From Candidatus Bathyarchaeota archaeon (GTDB lineage: Archaea > Thermoproteota > Bathyarchaeia > Bathyarchaeales > Bathycorpusculaceae): a stretch of DNA of 64,000 nucleotides. Location of the stretch: assembly GCA_963767735.1 (NCBI GenBank), contig CAVYES010000008.1:192001-256000 (forward strand), read 5' to 3'. The notes under the pieces are model-generated. The model was not told the DNA's origin. It did not search any database and was given only the letters and a program-made list of their open reading frames with translations. The translations under genes were made by a program, and so were the position numbers. Of this stretch, positions 54,918 to 64,000 are shown piece by piece (positions within the stretch are counted from its first letter, which is position 1; the number at the start of each line of letters is the position of its first letter).

Positions 54918-55252
54918 GTAAAGATGTTAGAGACGTTGGAAGCCATGAATGTCAGGAGCGTTTCGCGGCAGAGCGGTATGCCGTCTGATGGATCCGATTG
55001 TGTGTCTAGTACAGAGTTGTCGTGCAGTATAATGCTCTTTTTTGTTTCAAACAGCGGCATGTTATGTCACGTAGACAGACAGAGACAGACCCGGAGGGGG
55101 TCTTATAGCTTCTCTTTATCTTTATAGCAATATTAAATTTATGATGCCTTAAAATAACAATTTACGAATTTGGTTGGTCGACCGTAAGGCGAGCGTTCTC
55201 AAGAACAAGGACTCTACTTTGTTGATGGCGCCGGGGAAGGGATTCGAGCCCC
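54918..55252 (-). repeat. ~335-bp repeat, copy B (inverted relative to copy A); tRNA-Ser 3' end at 55226-55252, candidate provirus att
   Basis: Reverse complement aligns with 16000-16337. Confidence 0.95.
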
Positions 55253-55353
55253 AGTTTACTAGTAAACCGCTAAATTTTGCTTGCTTTCTTTTGGTGGCGG
55301 TAGACCGTAGGAACTAACAAACATGGAGAAAAACCAAGGTTTGAACTCTTCTC

Positions 55354-55378
55354 GGTTTGAGATCCAGCGGCCCCACCA
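55354..55378 (+). mobile_element. Degenerate tRNA-Pro-like 3' fragment
   Basis: ggtttgagatccagcggccccacca. Confidence 0.55.
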
Positions 55379-55611
55379 ATGCTCACGTTAAAAAGTACCA
55401 TTTTTTCCCCTCTTTTTATTCGCCTAATTTTAAATCAACCAGACTAACCGTTCATCAATCAGCTTCGTCAGAAATTTTCTACTGTATGGATTGCTTTTTT
55501 TGGTGTGGTCGTTGCGCGGAACCCAACTCGACGCGTAAGAACTCAATTGGTCAAATAGCTTCAAGCAGCGCTTGCTCTAAGTTCCAGCCCAAAGGAGGCA
55601 GCCCCAAATGA
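55357..55611 (+). CDS. Small Cys-rich viral protein
   Basis: CMDCFFWCGRC...C; start uncertain. Confidence 0.45.
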   Translation: MRSSGPTNAHVKKYHFFPSFYSPNFKSTRLTVHQSASSEIFYCMDCFFWCGRCAEPNSTRKNSIGQIASSSACSKFQPKGGSPK

Positions 55612-55877
55612 GCTTTGTCGCTGATTCGTTTAAGCCTCCTTGTCTTCTCGGATACTATCCCTGCATAAGTAATCCGTCATCAAAAGACTGCGCTAGTAAT
55701 GGACACTTGCTCTAAGGATTTGTTTTTCTGCAAGTTTGCAAAGCTTGCATATCCTGACGGGACCGATATCTCCTGCAAGACCTACAGTTTTAGTGATCGG
55801 AATTGTACGCATGGCGGCGGATCCTGTTCTAGGCGAGCATGCCTTGAGCATCGACGTTTTGGGGGGCACTGATTATT

Positions 55878-56930
55878 TTGGTTGCTGTATCTGATAACTC
55901 AACAGACAATAGTAGTAACTTAAGTGTAAACAGTTTAGTGCCTTCTTTGCAGGATAGGCGTAATAAGATTAGCAGCCGCGCCTTTTCAGTTGAATCCCGT
56001 GTTTTCCATATTATCGATGCTTCTGAAGTGGAGCTGCGTCCTGCCGAGATTGCTCGAATACTCCATAGCGATAAGAAACCCAAGGAAATAACGCCCGGCC
56101 AATACTCCACTGTCCGGGTTGTCTGCAAGAAACTGCTTGATAAAGGTAAAGTTGTGCAGCCGTACCAGGGGGCTTACTGCAACAAAATCACCCACACCGT
56201 GCGGTTCGTTCCACTTTGCGTGCATAATGTGACTTTGCTTGCGAAAGTCTGTCAAAATCTGAAGCATTGGGAAAATGACGAATTTATCGGGGGTGTCAAA
56301 ATTCATGTCTGTTTTGGGGCGGAGAGAAAGCAGGTCACTGGGTATATCGCTTGCGACGTCGGCGGGATGAGTCATGACGCTTGTCTTTTAGCGCTTAACA
56401 GGTGGTTTGAGATCGTTGAGGGGCGGCTGGGTTATTGTCTGCAGGATTTGGTTTTGCAGACGGTTGAGTTTAACAAGGATTATCATGGCAGGCGCATTGA
56501 CGGCTTTCAATGTGTGACTAAGAAGGATCTGTATGGGATTATTGATCGGACCTATCAGAAGGAAGAGGATGTAATCCGCCGAGAACGTAAGGTTACCCAG
56601 CCGATGAGCATTAACAAGTTTGAAGCGGAGATCCATAAGGGCATTGAGGAGATCGGACTTAGCCAGGAACGCTATGAGCTGCAGCAGGAGGTTCGGCGGA
56701 ATAGTGAGGCGATTAAGTTTACTAATAGCCGTATTTTGGAGGTTGAGAAGTTGACGGGGGCGATTTATCAGCATATGGTCAAGCTGCCGGTGCTGGATAG
56801 CGGCGTAGCTGAAAAGTTGGCCGTAGGTATTGAGCGGCTTAATGAGGCTTTGACTCGACTGAGCGATGCCGACGCGGATCCTAAGCGGTTGGATGAGAAG
56901 CAAAGTAAACTCGGGGAGTATGTAAGATGA
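55878..56930 (+). CDS. Viral protein with N-terminal wHTH and C-terminal coiled coil (possibly replication/regulatory)
   Basis: LRPAEIARIL...YSTVRVVCKKLLDKGKV wHTH; 350-aa intact ORF. Confidence 0.6.
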   Translation: MVAVSDNSTDNSSNLSVNSLVPSLQDRRNKISSRAFSVESRVFHIIDASEVELRPAEIARILHSDKKPKEITPGQYSTVRVVCKKLLDKGKVVQPYQGAYCNKITHTVRFVPLCVHNVTLLAKVCQNLKHWENDEFIGGVKIHVCFGAERKQVTGYIACDVGGMSHDACLLALNRWFEIVEGRLGYCLQDLVLQTVEFNKDYHGRRIDGFQCVTKKDLYGIIDRTYQKEEDVIRRERKVTQPMSINKFEAEIHKGIEEIGLSQERYELQQEVRRNSEAIKFTNSRILEVEKLTGAIYQHMVKLPVLDSGVAEKLAVGIERLNEALTRLSDADADPKRLDEKQSKLGEYVR

Positions 56931-57256
56931 GTTTGCAGATGACGGTTGATTGTCCTTGTCGCCATTGCCCCTGGAAGATGCGGAGCGAATGTGATCATTA
57001 CAGAAATGTTTGTTTGGAGATCCGTAGTTGCGCCCGCTGCGAGCAGGGACTTGAGCGATGCATCAAGGAGGGTTCTTGTTGAATCGCAATTTTTGCGCCT
57101 TTTTGGATGTAAACCCTTGTTTGAAGTTTGCGAGGCGTGTCTTTAGGAGCTTTTTTGCATGGTCTTTTTCCATGCTTTCGTCTTTGCCATTTCTTAGTGT
57201 GTCTGATCAGGCTAAGACACCATTATTTTCCATGATGTTTCAAGGAGTGACTATCC

Positions 57257-57812
57257 ATGATTGAACAAGACGAGCAAATATCTGGCGAAAACTCTGTTCA
57301 AATAGAGGAAAATAGCGTTGGAAAAGTCCGTAAAAAGGATCCGCGGAGCATTGAAAACAAGCTGGGGCGCCAGAAGTGGCATGAAATTAAGACTGATAAG
57401 ATTTATGCTCAGAATAAGCAGATTCTTGATGAGCTGCGTTGGATCCGTCACCGCTTGAAGGCGCTGGGTGAGAGTGATATCGATATGCCGATGCTTGAGC
57501 GGTACGCTTTCCGCGATCAGGTTGATAGCGAGATTTTTCAGCGAATAATGACTGCTGGGGATTCAGGTGTTTTCCCGAAAGATGTAGCTGTCGACGCAGC
57601 CTTGGCGAAGTATCATTTGAGGTATTATGACTGTAAGCCGCCGCGTTGTGAGGATGAATAAGCGTCTGCATTTTGAGGTTGGCGAGGTTTTGTTTGAGAA
57701 GCGGGGTCATAGGTGGGCAGTTACTAAGTTTGGTTTTGAGGTTTGGGGTAAGAGTAAAAAAGAATTTGACGAGGAAGTAAAAGAGGAAGGACCAAAATAT
57801 GGGGAATCATGA
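57257..57812 (+). CDS. Viral wHTH-like protein (frameshift ~57630)
   Basis: GVFPKDVA...YYD/VSRRVVRMNKRL...LFEKRGHRW. Confidence 0.55.
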
Positions 57813-57886
57813 GAAGAAACGTGCTAAGAAGCGTCAGCAAAAGCAACGTGAGTTATTGAAGAATTTAGGGTTATTTGGTGACAAAA

Positions 57887-58473
57887 ATGAGTGAAAAAAA
57901 GACAAGTTTGAAAGTTCCTCTTCTTGATGATTTGAAGCTTGAGGATCTTCGGCTTTTGAAGCATCATGAAGGGAATCCTAATCGGATGACTGTTAAGCAA
58001 AAAGAGCAGTTGTGGCATAGTTTGCAGCGTTATGGTTGGCTGGTTCCAATTATTACTGATGCCGACGGTATTGTTGCGGATGGTGAGCAGCGCGTTGACG
58101 TTTGCATTGCCCATGGCGAGTTTTTTGGTCCTGTTTTGCGTAGGCCTCTTACTGAAGCTGAAAGATTAATTGTTGGCCAAGAACTAAACAAGCTGCGAGG
58201 TAAGCATAATCGCGAGGCAGACCGCGCAGAGTACATAAAAATAGATGGTTTGGGTGAGCGATCTGATTTGGAATCGTTGCTTTCTGCTGTGGGCGAAGAC
58301 CTTTCTAAAATATTGAGTAGTAGCGTAGAGCGTGGCGGCAGTAATATGATTCCTGAGACCTGCGAAATAATTATTCGCGGTTTCAAGGGTAAAAAGTTCG
58401 ATGAGCAGGCTCAAAAGGCTGCTTGGGAAAAGTTACGGCTGAGGGTTATGACGCGGGGTTGCTGAATCTATAG
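57887..58473 (+). CDS. ParB/Srx-like N-terminal domain protein
   Basis: EGNPNRMT...SLQRYGWLVPII..DGIVADGEQR...LNKLRG. Confidence 0.8.
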
Positions 58474-59597
58474 ATGCCGTCTTTTGATTTGGTTTTCAGC
58501 TGGCATGCTGGCAATACTTACCGAGAGCAAGCAATTACCAGTACATATGATCTTAAAGACGTGAAGCTTGAGAAGCACCTTAAAGGGAACATTCCGATTG
58601 AAGGCCTAAACTGGCAGATAGGCTGTATTGTTGGGTCATCTGGGAGCGGAAAAACAAGTATAGCTCGGCACTGTTGGCCAGAGGCTTATTATGCTGATCT
58701 TAAAGAAAGATACAAAGAGCCTTGTTTTCTAAATGATTTCCCAGCTGAACTTACTATAAGTGAGCTTGGCGCCGCATTATCAAGCAGCTGGCTTTAGTGA
58801 GCCTCCTGCATGGCTGAAAAGCTATAGTGTGTTGAGTCAGGGGCAAAAGATGCGTGTTGATATTGCTCATGCGCTTTGTTTGCCTCAGCAGCTTGTTGTT
58901 TTTGATGAGTTTACTTCAGTGATTGATCGGAATGTTGCTCAAATTGGCTCTTATGCGATAAGCAGGGCAATTCGTCATCATCCAGGTAAGCAGTTCATAG
59001 CTGTTACATGCCATTTTGATGTTTTGGATTGGCTTGAACCTGACTGGATCTATAATGTTGATACCGGCAGAATTCTTTGATTATACGAATGTAAAAAAAA
59101 ACGATGTCACCCCCAAATTATTCTCTCAGTTCATAAATGCGATTTATCCATGTGGCAGGTCTTTAGGGAGCATCATTATTTGAATACTGAACGCCTTGGC
59201 GCCGGTGTTCGCTGCTACGTTGCCAAGCTGGGAGAGAAGCCCATTGCGTTTATTGCTGTTGCGCACGTGCATATGCTTGTTAATTATTTTAGGGTTAGCT
59301 CGACTTGTGGTTTTGCCTGATTACCAGGGCATCGGTGTAGGGAAGCGTTTACTGAATTTTATAGCGGAACTCTACACTAGCCAGCTTGACTTGCCCTTCT
59401 ACATTTTAACGACTAACCCGCAGCTTATCCATGGCAGTCTTTCTAATTGGAAGGTTAAGCGTGTAGGTCACATTAGCGGCGGAAGAACTGACAGCCGAAT
59501 AAATCGGGAAATTCGATCCTCAATCAGCAAGAACCGACTAACCGTTACACTACAGTACATTCCCAAAAGTAAATCTGGAGGCGCCACCGATGGCTAG
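58474..59597 (+). CDS. ABC-type ATPase joined to a GNAT acetyltransferase (frameshifted)
   Basis: GSSGSGKTS, LSQGQKMR, FDEFTSVIDR, VTCH; then FREHHYL and RLVVLPDYQGIGVG acetyl-CoA motif A. Confidence 0.8.
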
Positions 59598-59709
59598 ATG
59601 CAAGGGTTGTGGCAACAAGCTTTCCCATTCAAACAAGAGTGGGTACTGCCGAAAATGCTGGGGAAAACTCGTGCATACATTCAAGCAACAAACTAAAAAA
59701 GTCCCTTAA
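59590..59709 (+). CDS. Tiny zinc-finger protein
   Basis: MARCKGCGNKLSHSNKSGYCRKCWGK; overlaps the GNAT stop. Confidence 0.55.
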   Translation: MARCKGCGNKLSHSNKSGYCRKCWGKLVHTFKQQTKKVP

Positions 59710-59943
59710 CGATGCCTTTGAGCTTGCCTACAATAAGCAACAGTAAGACGTAAACATGCCCAAAGCGCCAATGTTGCACGACCCAAACGTCAATTATTGT
59801 ATAAGAGAATTATGCTTTTAAACCAAAAATAAAAGTTTGATGAATTGAAATTGCTGCTTAACTTGGGCATTATCTTCTTAATCAAGGCATCAATTTTGAG
59901 TTAGCTCTTTTCTTCAACTTATTTTGCCTATTTCTTTTGTTTA

Positions 59944-60917
59944 TTATTTACTCAAGTTAGCGGTTTTTCGATGCCTTCTATAAATTAACAGAACAATACT
60001 TAAGGCAACAACTACCGCTATAAGTGCAATTATTAGAATTTGTTCGTTAACGGTTATCATGGTCGGAGCTGGTGTGGGGCTTGGTAAAGGTGTCGGTAAA
60101 GGACTTTGTGACGGCAAAGGCAAAAATGGAGCAGTTTTTATCAAGTAAATATAACCCCATAATCCTTGGAAAGCTCAACTCAGAGTTTGCAATGCCCAGA
60201 CCTGCAAGTGCTCCATCTGACGTTTCAATGAGGGAAAATATTTTGAAAGGAAAATTGATGGTGCCATTATAAAAGTTGCAGGACCTGAATATGTAAGATT
60301 CTCAATCCATTGTGTATCGTTATTTGAATCGGTTTTCACAAGGGTAGGTGGCACAGTGTACGAACAGGATAATCAGCTGCATTTCCTGCTTCAAAGTAAA
60401 CGAACCCGCCATCACTGGTTTGAATATTTGATGAGAAGACGTAATGCGCTAAGTTTACAAACCGTACTTGTATTTTCATACCATTGAATATCTCCTTGTG
60501 AATTCAGTTTTATGAGTGTCGGAGTAGACTGAAAAGTTGTGCCGTATGTGTTCCATTCTCCCGCTATTTCATATCCGCCATCACTGGTTTGAATAAGGGT
60601 TGACGCTGTGAAACAAATTGATAGTTTTATTCCATTGCATGTTACCTGAAGAATCAAGCTTGTAGAGAGTTGAAGGAACATAAACTCAATTGGTAGGTGT
60701 AGCCGCAATCTAAAAAGGCGTATCCACCATCACTTGTTTGAATCAAGTTAGAAACTGCAGCAGTATTTCCCGACCCATATGATTTTTGCCATTGGGTGGC
60801 AGGAGGTGAAGTGTTGCTTGAGGTTTGGGCTGAAACTAAAGTAGGTTGAAGAATGATTAAGGACATTATGAAAACAACGACAAGAAATGAAGCGAAACTC
60901 TTACCTAAACTACGCAT
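59944..60917 (-). pseudogene. Host-type secreted/surface protein with QTSDGGY repeats, P/T linker and C-terminal TM; fragmented
   Basis: Signal peptide; LIQTSDGGY repeats; PSPTPAPT + TM + RRHRK; multiple breaks. Confidence 0.65.
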
Positions 60918-61277
60918 AATTCACTAAAGAAACATGGGCGATAAAAGGCTTTCGTAAAAGTTCCTTGACTAAGGTTTGGTCAAACGTTTCTTGACCAGGC
61001 AACTTGAGCGCTGTATCGACCTTTAAGCTAATCCGCGCGGGAAGGTCGATTTATCATTTAATACAGTAGCTATCTAAAATCATAAATCCCAAAAATGGGT
61101 AGTTACTCTTAAGAAGACAGCCAAGCAAGCGTTAGAGCTTAAATAGTCTTATCGTGAGAGATGTTTTGTACGCTGACTCGTTAGATTAATGGTTGCAGTT
61201 CCCTTATCCAGCTTCACAGGGCCAAAAGGAAAGTGGAGTGTACAGCTGCAACTAACAATGAAGGGTGTGTTTCTTGG

Positions 61278-61535
61278 ATGGGTAAACGCAGTAGTCCTGA
61301 GTCTAAACTTCGCAAGCAGGAGCGCCGGCAGGTTAGAAACATTCTGTTAACGTACAGTTTCAAGGATCGGCTGTCATCGGAGACTGTTTACACGCCTGAA
61401 CATGAAAAGATTGTTATGGCTCAATTGAAGGATAGGTTTGGTTTTACTCAGCATCTTGCCGAGCACGGCGAGGTTTTAACTTCTCCTCTAGGTGAATCGC
61501 CTACCACATACGAGCTGTTTGTTGGTGATGCCTAA
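61278..61535 (+). CDS. Hypothetical viral protein
   Basis: ORF whose stop overlaps the next start (taatg). Confidence 0.5.
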   Translation: MGKRSSPESKLRKQERRQVRNILLTYSFKDRLSSETVYTPEHEKIVMAQLKDRFGFTQHLAEHGEVLTSPLGESPTTYELFVGDA

Positions 61536-61882
61536 TGGCTTACGACAAAGACCTGTGCAGTGATGCCTGCAAGAATCCTCATTGCCCCTACATAACGCAG
61601 ATTAACCTTAACACTCAGGCGAATGCTGAAACCCGCCAAGTAATTGCTCAAATTAACAAGGCGTTAGAATCGCTGCTTGGCGAGGATCTAACAGGCTTGA
61701 ATGGCGGTGTTATCCGGACGCTTTTTGATAAGATTAGTGAGCTCGCGAAATGTCAACAGCGGGAGCGTACTAGTGCAGCTATCCAAAAGAGTTGGGTTAG
61801 CAACCTTAAAGCCTTCGGCGCTTTAGTCGTTAGTGTTGCATTAACCGCGGTTTTAGAGTATTGGCTTCTGAAGGGGTTCTAA
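61535..61882 (+). CDS. Viral protein with coiled coil and C-terminal TM
   Basis: C-terminal hydrophobic helix FGALVVSVALTAVLEYWLL. Confidence 0.55.
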   Translation: MAYDKDLCSDACKNPHCPYITQINLNTQANAETRQVIAQINKALESLLGEDLTGLNGGVIRTLFDKISELAKCQQRERTSAAIQKSWVSNLKAFGALVVSVALTAVLEYWLLKGF

Positions 61883-61886
61883 AATC

Positions 61887-62516
61887 TTGGCTTCTATTGA
61901 GGGCGAACGCATAGCCAAGCTGGAAGAGGCACTTGGCGCCGCACCAAAAAAAACCGACCAGCCAGTCGGATCTGGGGATAAGGAGCCTGAGGTTCATATG
62001 ACCCTTTCGCTTTTTCACCGCAGAAAGACGATGCTTGTAACCGATTGTATGGGGCGGCTTACTCCTGCGGCTATGGTGCATTTGGCTGATCAGTTTAATA
62101 CTTCTGTGGATACTTTGCAGCGAGATTGGGAGCGTAAGTCTGTTTGGGAGCCTTTTATCTGGGCGAACTTCGAGGCTAATGATCAGGGCAAGTCGTTGCT
62201 TAAGCAGTTGCAGCTTGCTCGTGAGGTAGCGCTTGAGTTGATGAATAGTCCTCGGCTTGGCGGGAATGCTCGGGTTGGGGCGATCGCGAGGTTTATTGAG
62301 GCTATTAAGACGGAGATTGAGCTTGAGCAGAGTTTAGGTTTGCTCTCTAAAGTGCAGCCTGGGCCGCTTGTTCAGAATAATTTTAATCAAATTACGGCTA
62401 AGTCCGAGACCAAAATAATGATTGACTTATCCAAGATGTCAGCTGATGATAGAAATGCCCTCTTACGAGCCGAGGAAGCTCTCACCCGAGCAGAGACAGC
62501 AGCTGGCCCGCAGTAG
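61887..62516 (+). CDS. Putative terminase small subunit
   Basis: HTH-like LADQFNTSVDTLQRDW, helical core, IDLSKMSADD tail; overlaps the terminase large subunit start. Confidence 0.6.
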   Translation: MASIEGERIAKLEEALGAAPKKTDQPVGSGDKEPEVHMTLSLFHRRKTMLVTDCMGRLTPAAMVHLADQFNTSVDTLQRDWERKSVWEPFIWANFEANDQGKSLLKQLQLAREVALELMNSPRLGGNARVGAIARFIEAIKTEIELEQSLGLLSKVQPGPLVQNNFNQITAKSETKIMIDLSKMSADDRNALLRAEEALTRAETAAGPQ

Positions 62517-63980
62517 CCTCCAATATTATGCACGATATCTTGGTTATGCTGATACGGCTTGGTTTCAAGACGAATGGTATAATCTCCTGCAGCCAGCAAA
62601 TGACCCAGCGCATTTTAGCCCTCTGCCCTGGCATACGCGAGCATTAAAGCAGCTGCATATTGAGGCGCCGCGCAAGCACGCGAAAAGTGAATGCATCTCC
62701 ATAAATTATCCTTCCTGGCTTATCGGGAATTATCCTGAAATCAGAATCGGGATCGTCAGCAAAACCGCTCCGCTAGCCGAACAAACAGTTGCAGCCATAA
62801 AGAACCGGATTGAAAATGATCCAAGATACTTCAGCATTTTCGGAGATCTAAAGCCTAAGAACCCTCAGAAATGGACCGATAGCGAATTTTACGTTAACCG
62901 CAAGACAATCAGCAAATTTGCCACTTTATATGCATGCGGTCTCGGCGGCTCATTAACGGGTCGCGGCTTTGACGTAATAATCGCCGACGACATTATTGAC
63001 GAGGAAAACGTCAACACTCCAAATCAGCTTGAGAAGGCCAGCCGATGGTTCTTCAAGGTCCTGCTAACAACTCTGTTTAGCAATGGCGCAACTTTGGTGA
63101 TTGGGACACGGTGGCATTATGCGGATCTTTATAATGATTTGATTCAGCCTCCGGAGAAAGGCGGCAAAGGCTGGCCCTGCAAAATTTACCGTGCCATCCA
63201 GAACTATGAAGATGTTGAGAAGGGCGCGGCGCCTCGGGTTCTTTGGCCTGAAGTTTGGCCTTATGAGCGGCTGATGAAGAAAAAAGATGAGATCGGCTCA
63301 GTTTATTTTTTAAGTCTCAATATCAGAATGACCCGACAAGTCATGGCGGGTGATTTGCTTAAGGCTGAGTGGCTGCATCCCTGGAATGAAGCACCGAATA
63401 ACAACTTTGTGCCTTCCTCTAATCTGCCAAAATACGCGGGTGTTGATCCAGCGCTCGGTGAAGGCGACTTATTTGCAGTCGCCACCGCGAGCTTATGATC
63501 GGGTTCTAAACCGAGCGTATCTCTATGATGTTTACGCTAAGCTGTTGCCGTATCCGGCTGCTATGCAGTTGATGCTGCAGCTTCACGGAATCCACAATTA
63601 CAGCTAAGATTTACGTGGAGTCAAACGCTTTCCAAAAAGTAATCATGTACATGCCTCAGCTGCAGGGCTTGCCGATTGTGCCGGTAGTGACGTCGAAAGG
63701 CAAAGAGGAACGGTTGATCCCGCTAAGCAGCCATTTTGAATCTAAACGTATAACCCTAAACCCAGCTTGGGTATATACCCAAAGTGAGTTCTTCCAGGAG
63801 TGGGTGCAGTTCCCAAGGAGTGCGCATGATGACGCTTTGGACTCCGTAGAGATTCTGGTTCGCAATCTGCTCGGGGTCACTTCGATGCCTGAAGGAAAAG
63901 GCGTATCGGTAATCAAGAAAAAACCAGAAACGTTGAGGATGATTAAAATGGAAAAAACTTTCAAAGGCGTTTTCCAATAG
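62455..63980 (+). CDS. terL: Terminase large subunit (frameshifted)
   Basis: APRKHAKS Walker A variant, LTGRGFDVIIADD, GTRWH..DL, GVDPA, ESNAFQ, FPRSAHDDALD nuclease motifs. Confidence 0.92.
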
Positions 63981-64000
63981 AAGTTCTCACGAATCAAGGA

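Larger units (their letters stand above)
55253..64000 (+). mobile_element. Left arm of an integrated head-tail (Caudoviricetes-like) archaeal provirus
   Basis: Begins at a tRNA fragment; co-oriented small Cys-rich ORFs, wHTH proteins, ParB-like, ABC/GNAT, terminase small and large subunits. Confidence 0.85.

Noticed and set aside
56388-56903. Long antisense ORFs here and opposite cdc6, DP2 and the acl genes
   Set aside because: Shadow frames of well-supported genes on the other strand

Overview
Archaeal chromosome segment, most consistent with Bathyarchaeia (TACK; taxonomy is inferred from PolD, Cdc6, Elf1, Nob1, GGGPS, Sec61beta and the protein styles). It has many single-base homopolymer frameshifts, typical of an unpolished long-read assembly. 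Three zones: (1) 1-~16.9 kb, an accessory region of small cargo modules (zinc-ribbon proteins, ABC exporter, two HicAB and one MazEF-like TA pairs, RibD/DHFR-like protein, a dCTP-deaminase module, a giant S53 protease) punctuated by about seven degenerate tRNA 3'-end fragments; (2) ~17-54.5 kb, core genome containing a replication origin (four ORB boxes around an AT-rich DUE upstream of cdc6), PolD DP1/DP2, NAD metabolism, ahcY, AOR and an aconitase-IDH-ATP citrate lyase operon; (3) ~55.25-64 kb, the left arm of a head-tail provirus (wHTH proteins, ParB-like plus ABC-ATPase/GNAT module, terminase small and large subunits). Zone 2 is bracketed by a ~335-bp inverted repeat that begins with a tRNA-Ser 3' end. 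Beside oriC, three uncharacterised DNA-binding genes, one a membrane-anchored coiled-coil wHTH protein, sit in dense arrays of TCAC/GTGA palindromic motifs, suggesting a possible origin-tethering/segregation system. No rRNA, intact tRNA or CRISPR array was seen.
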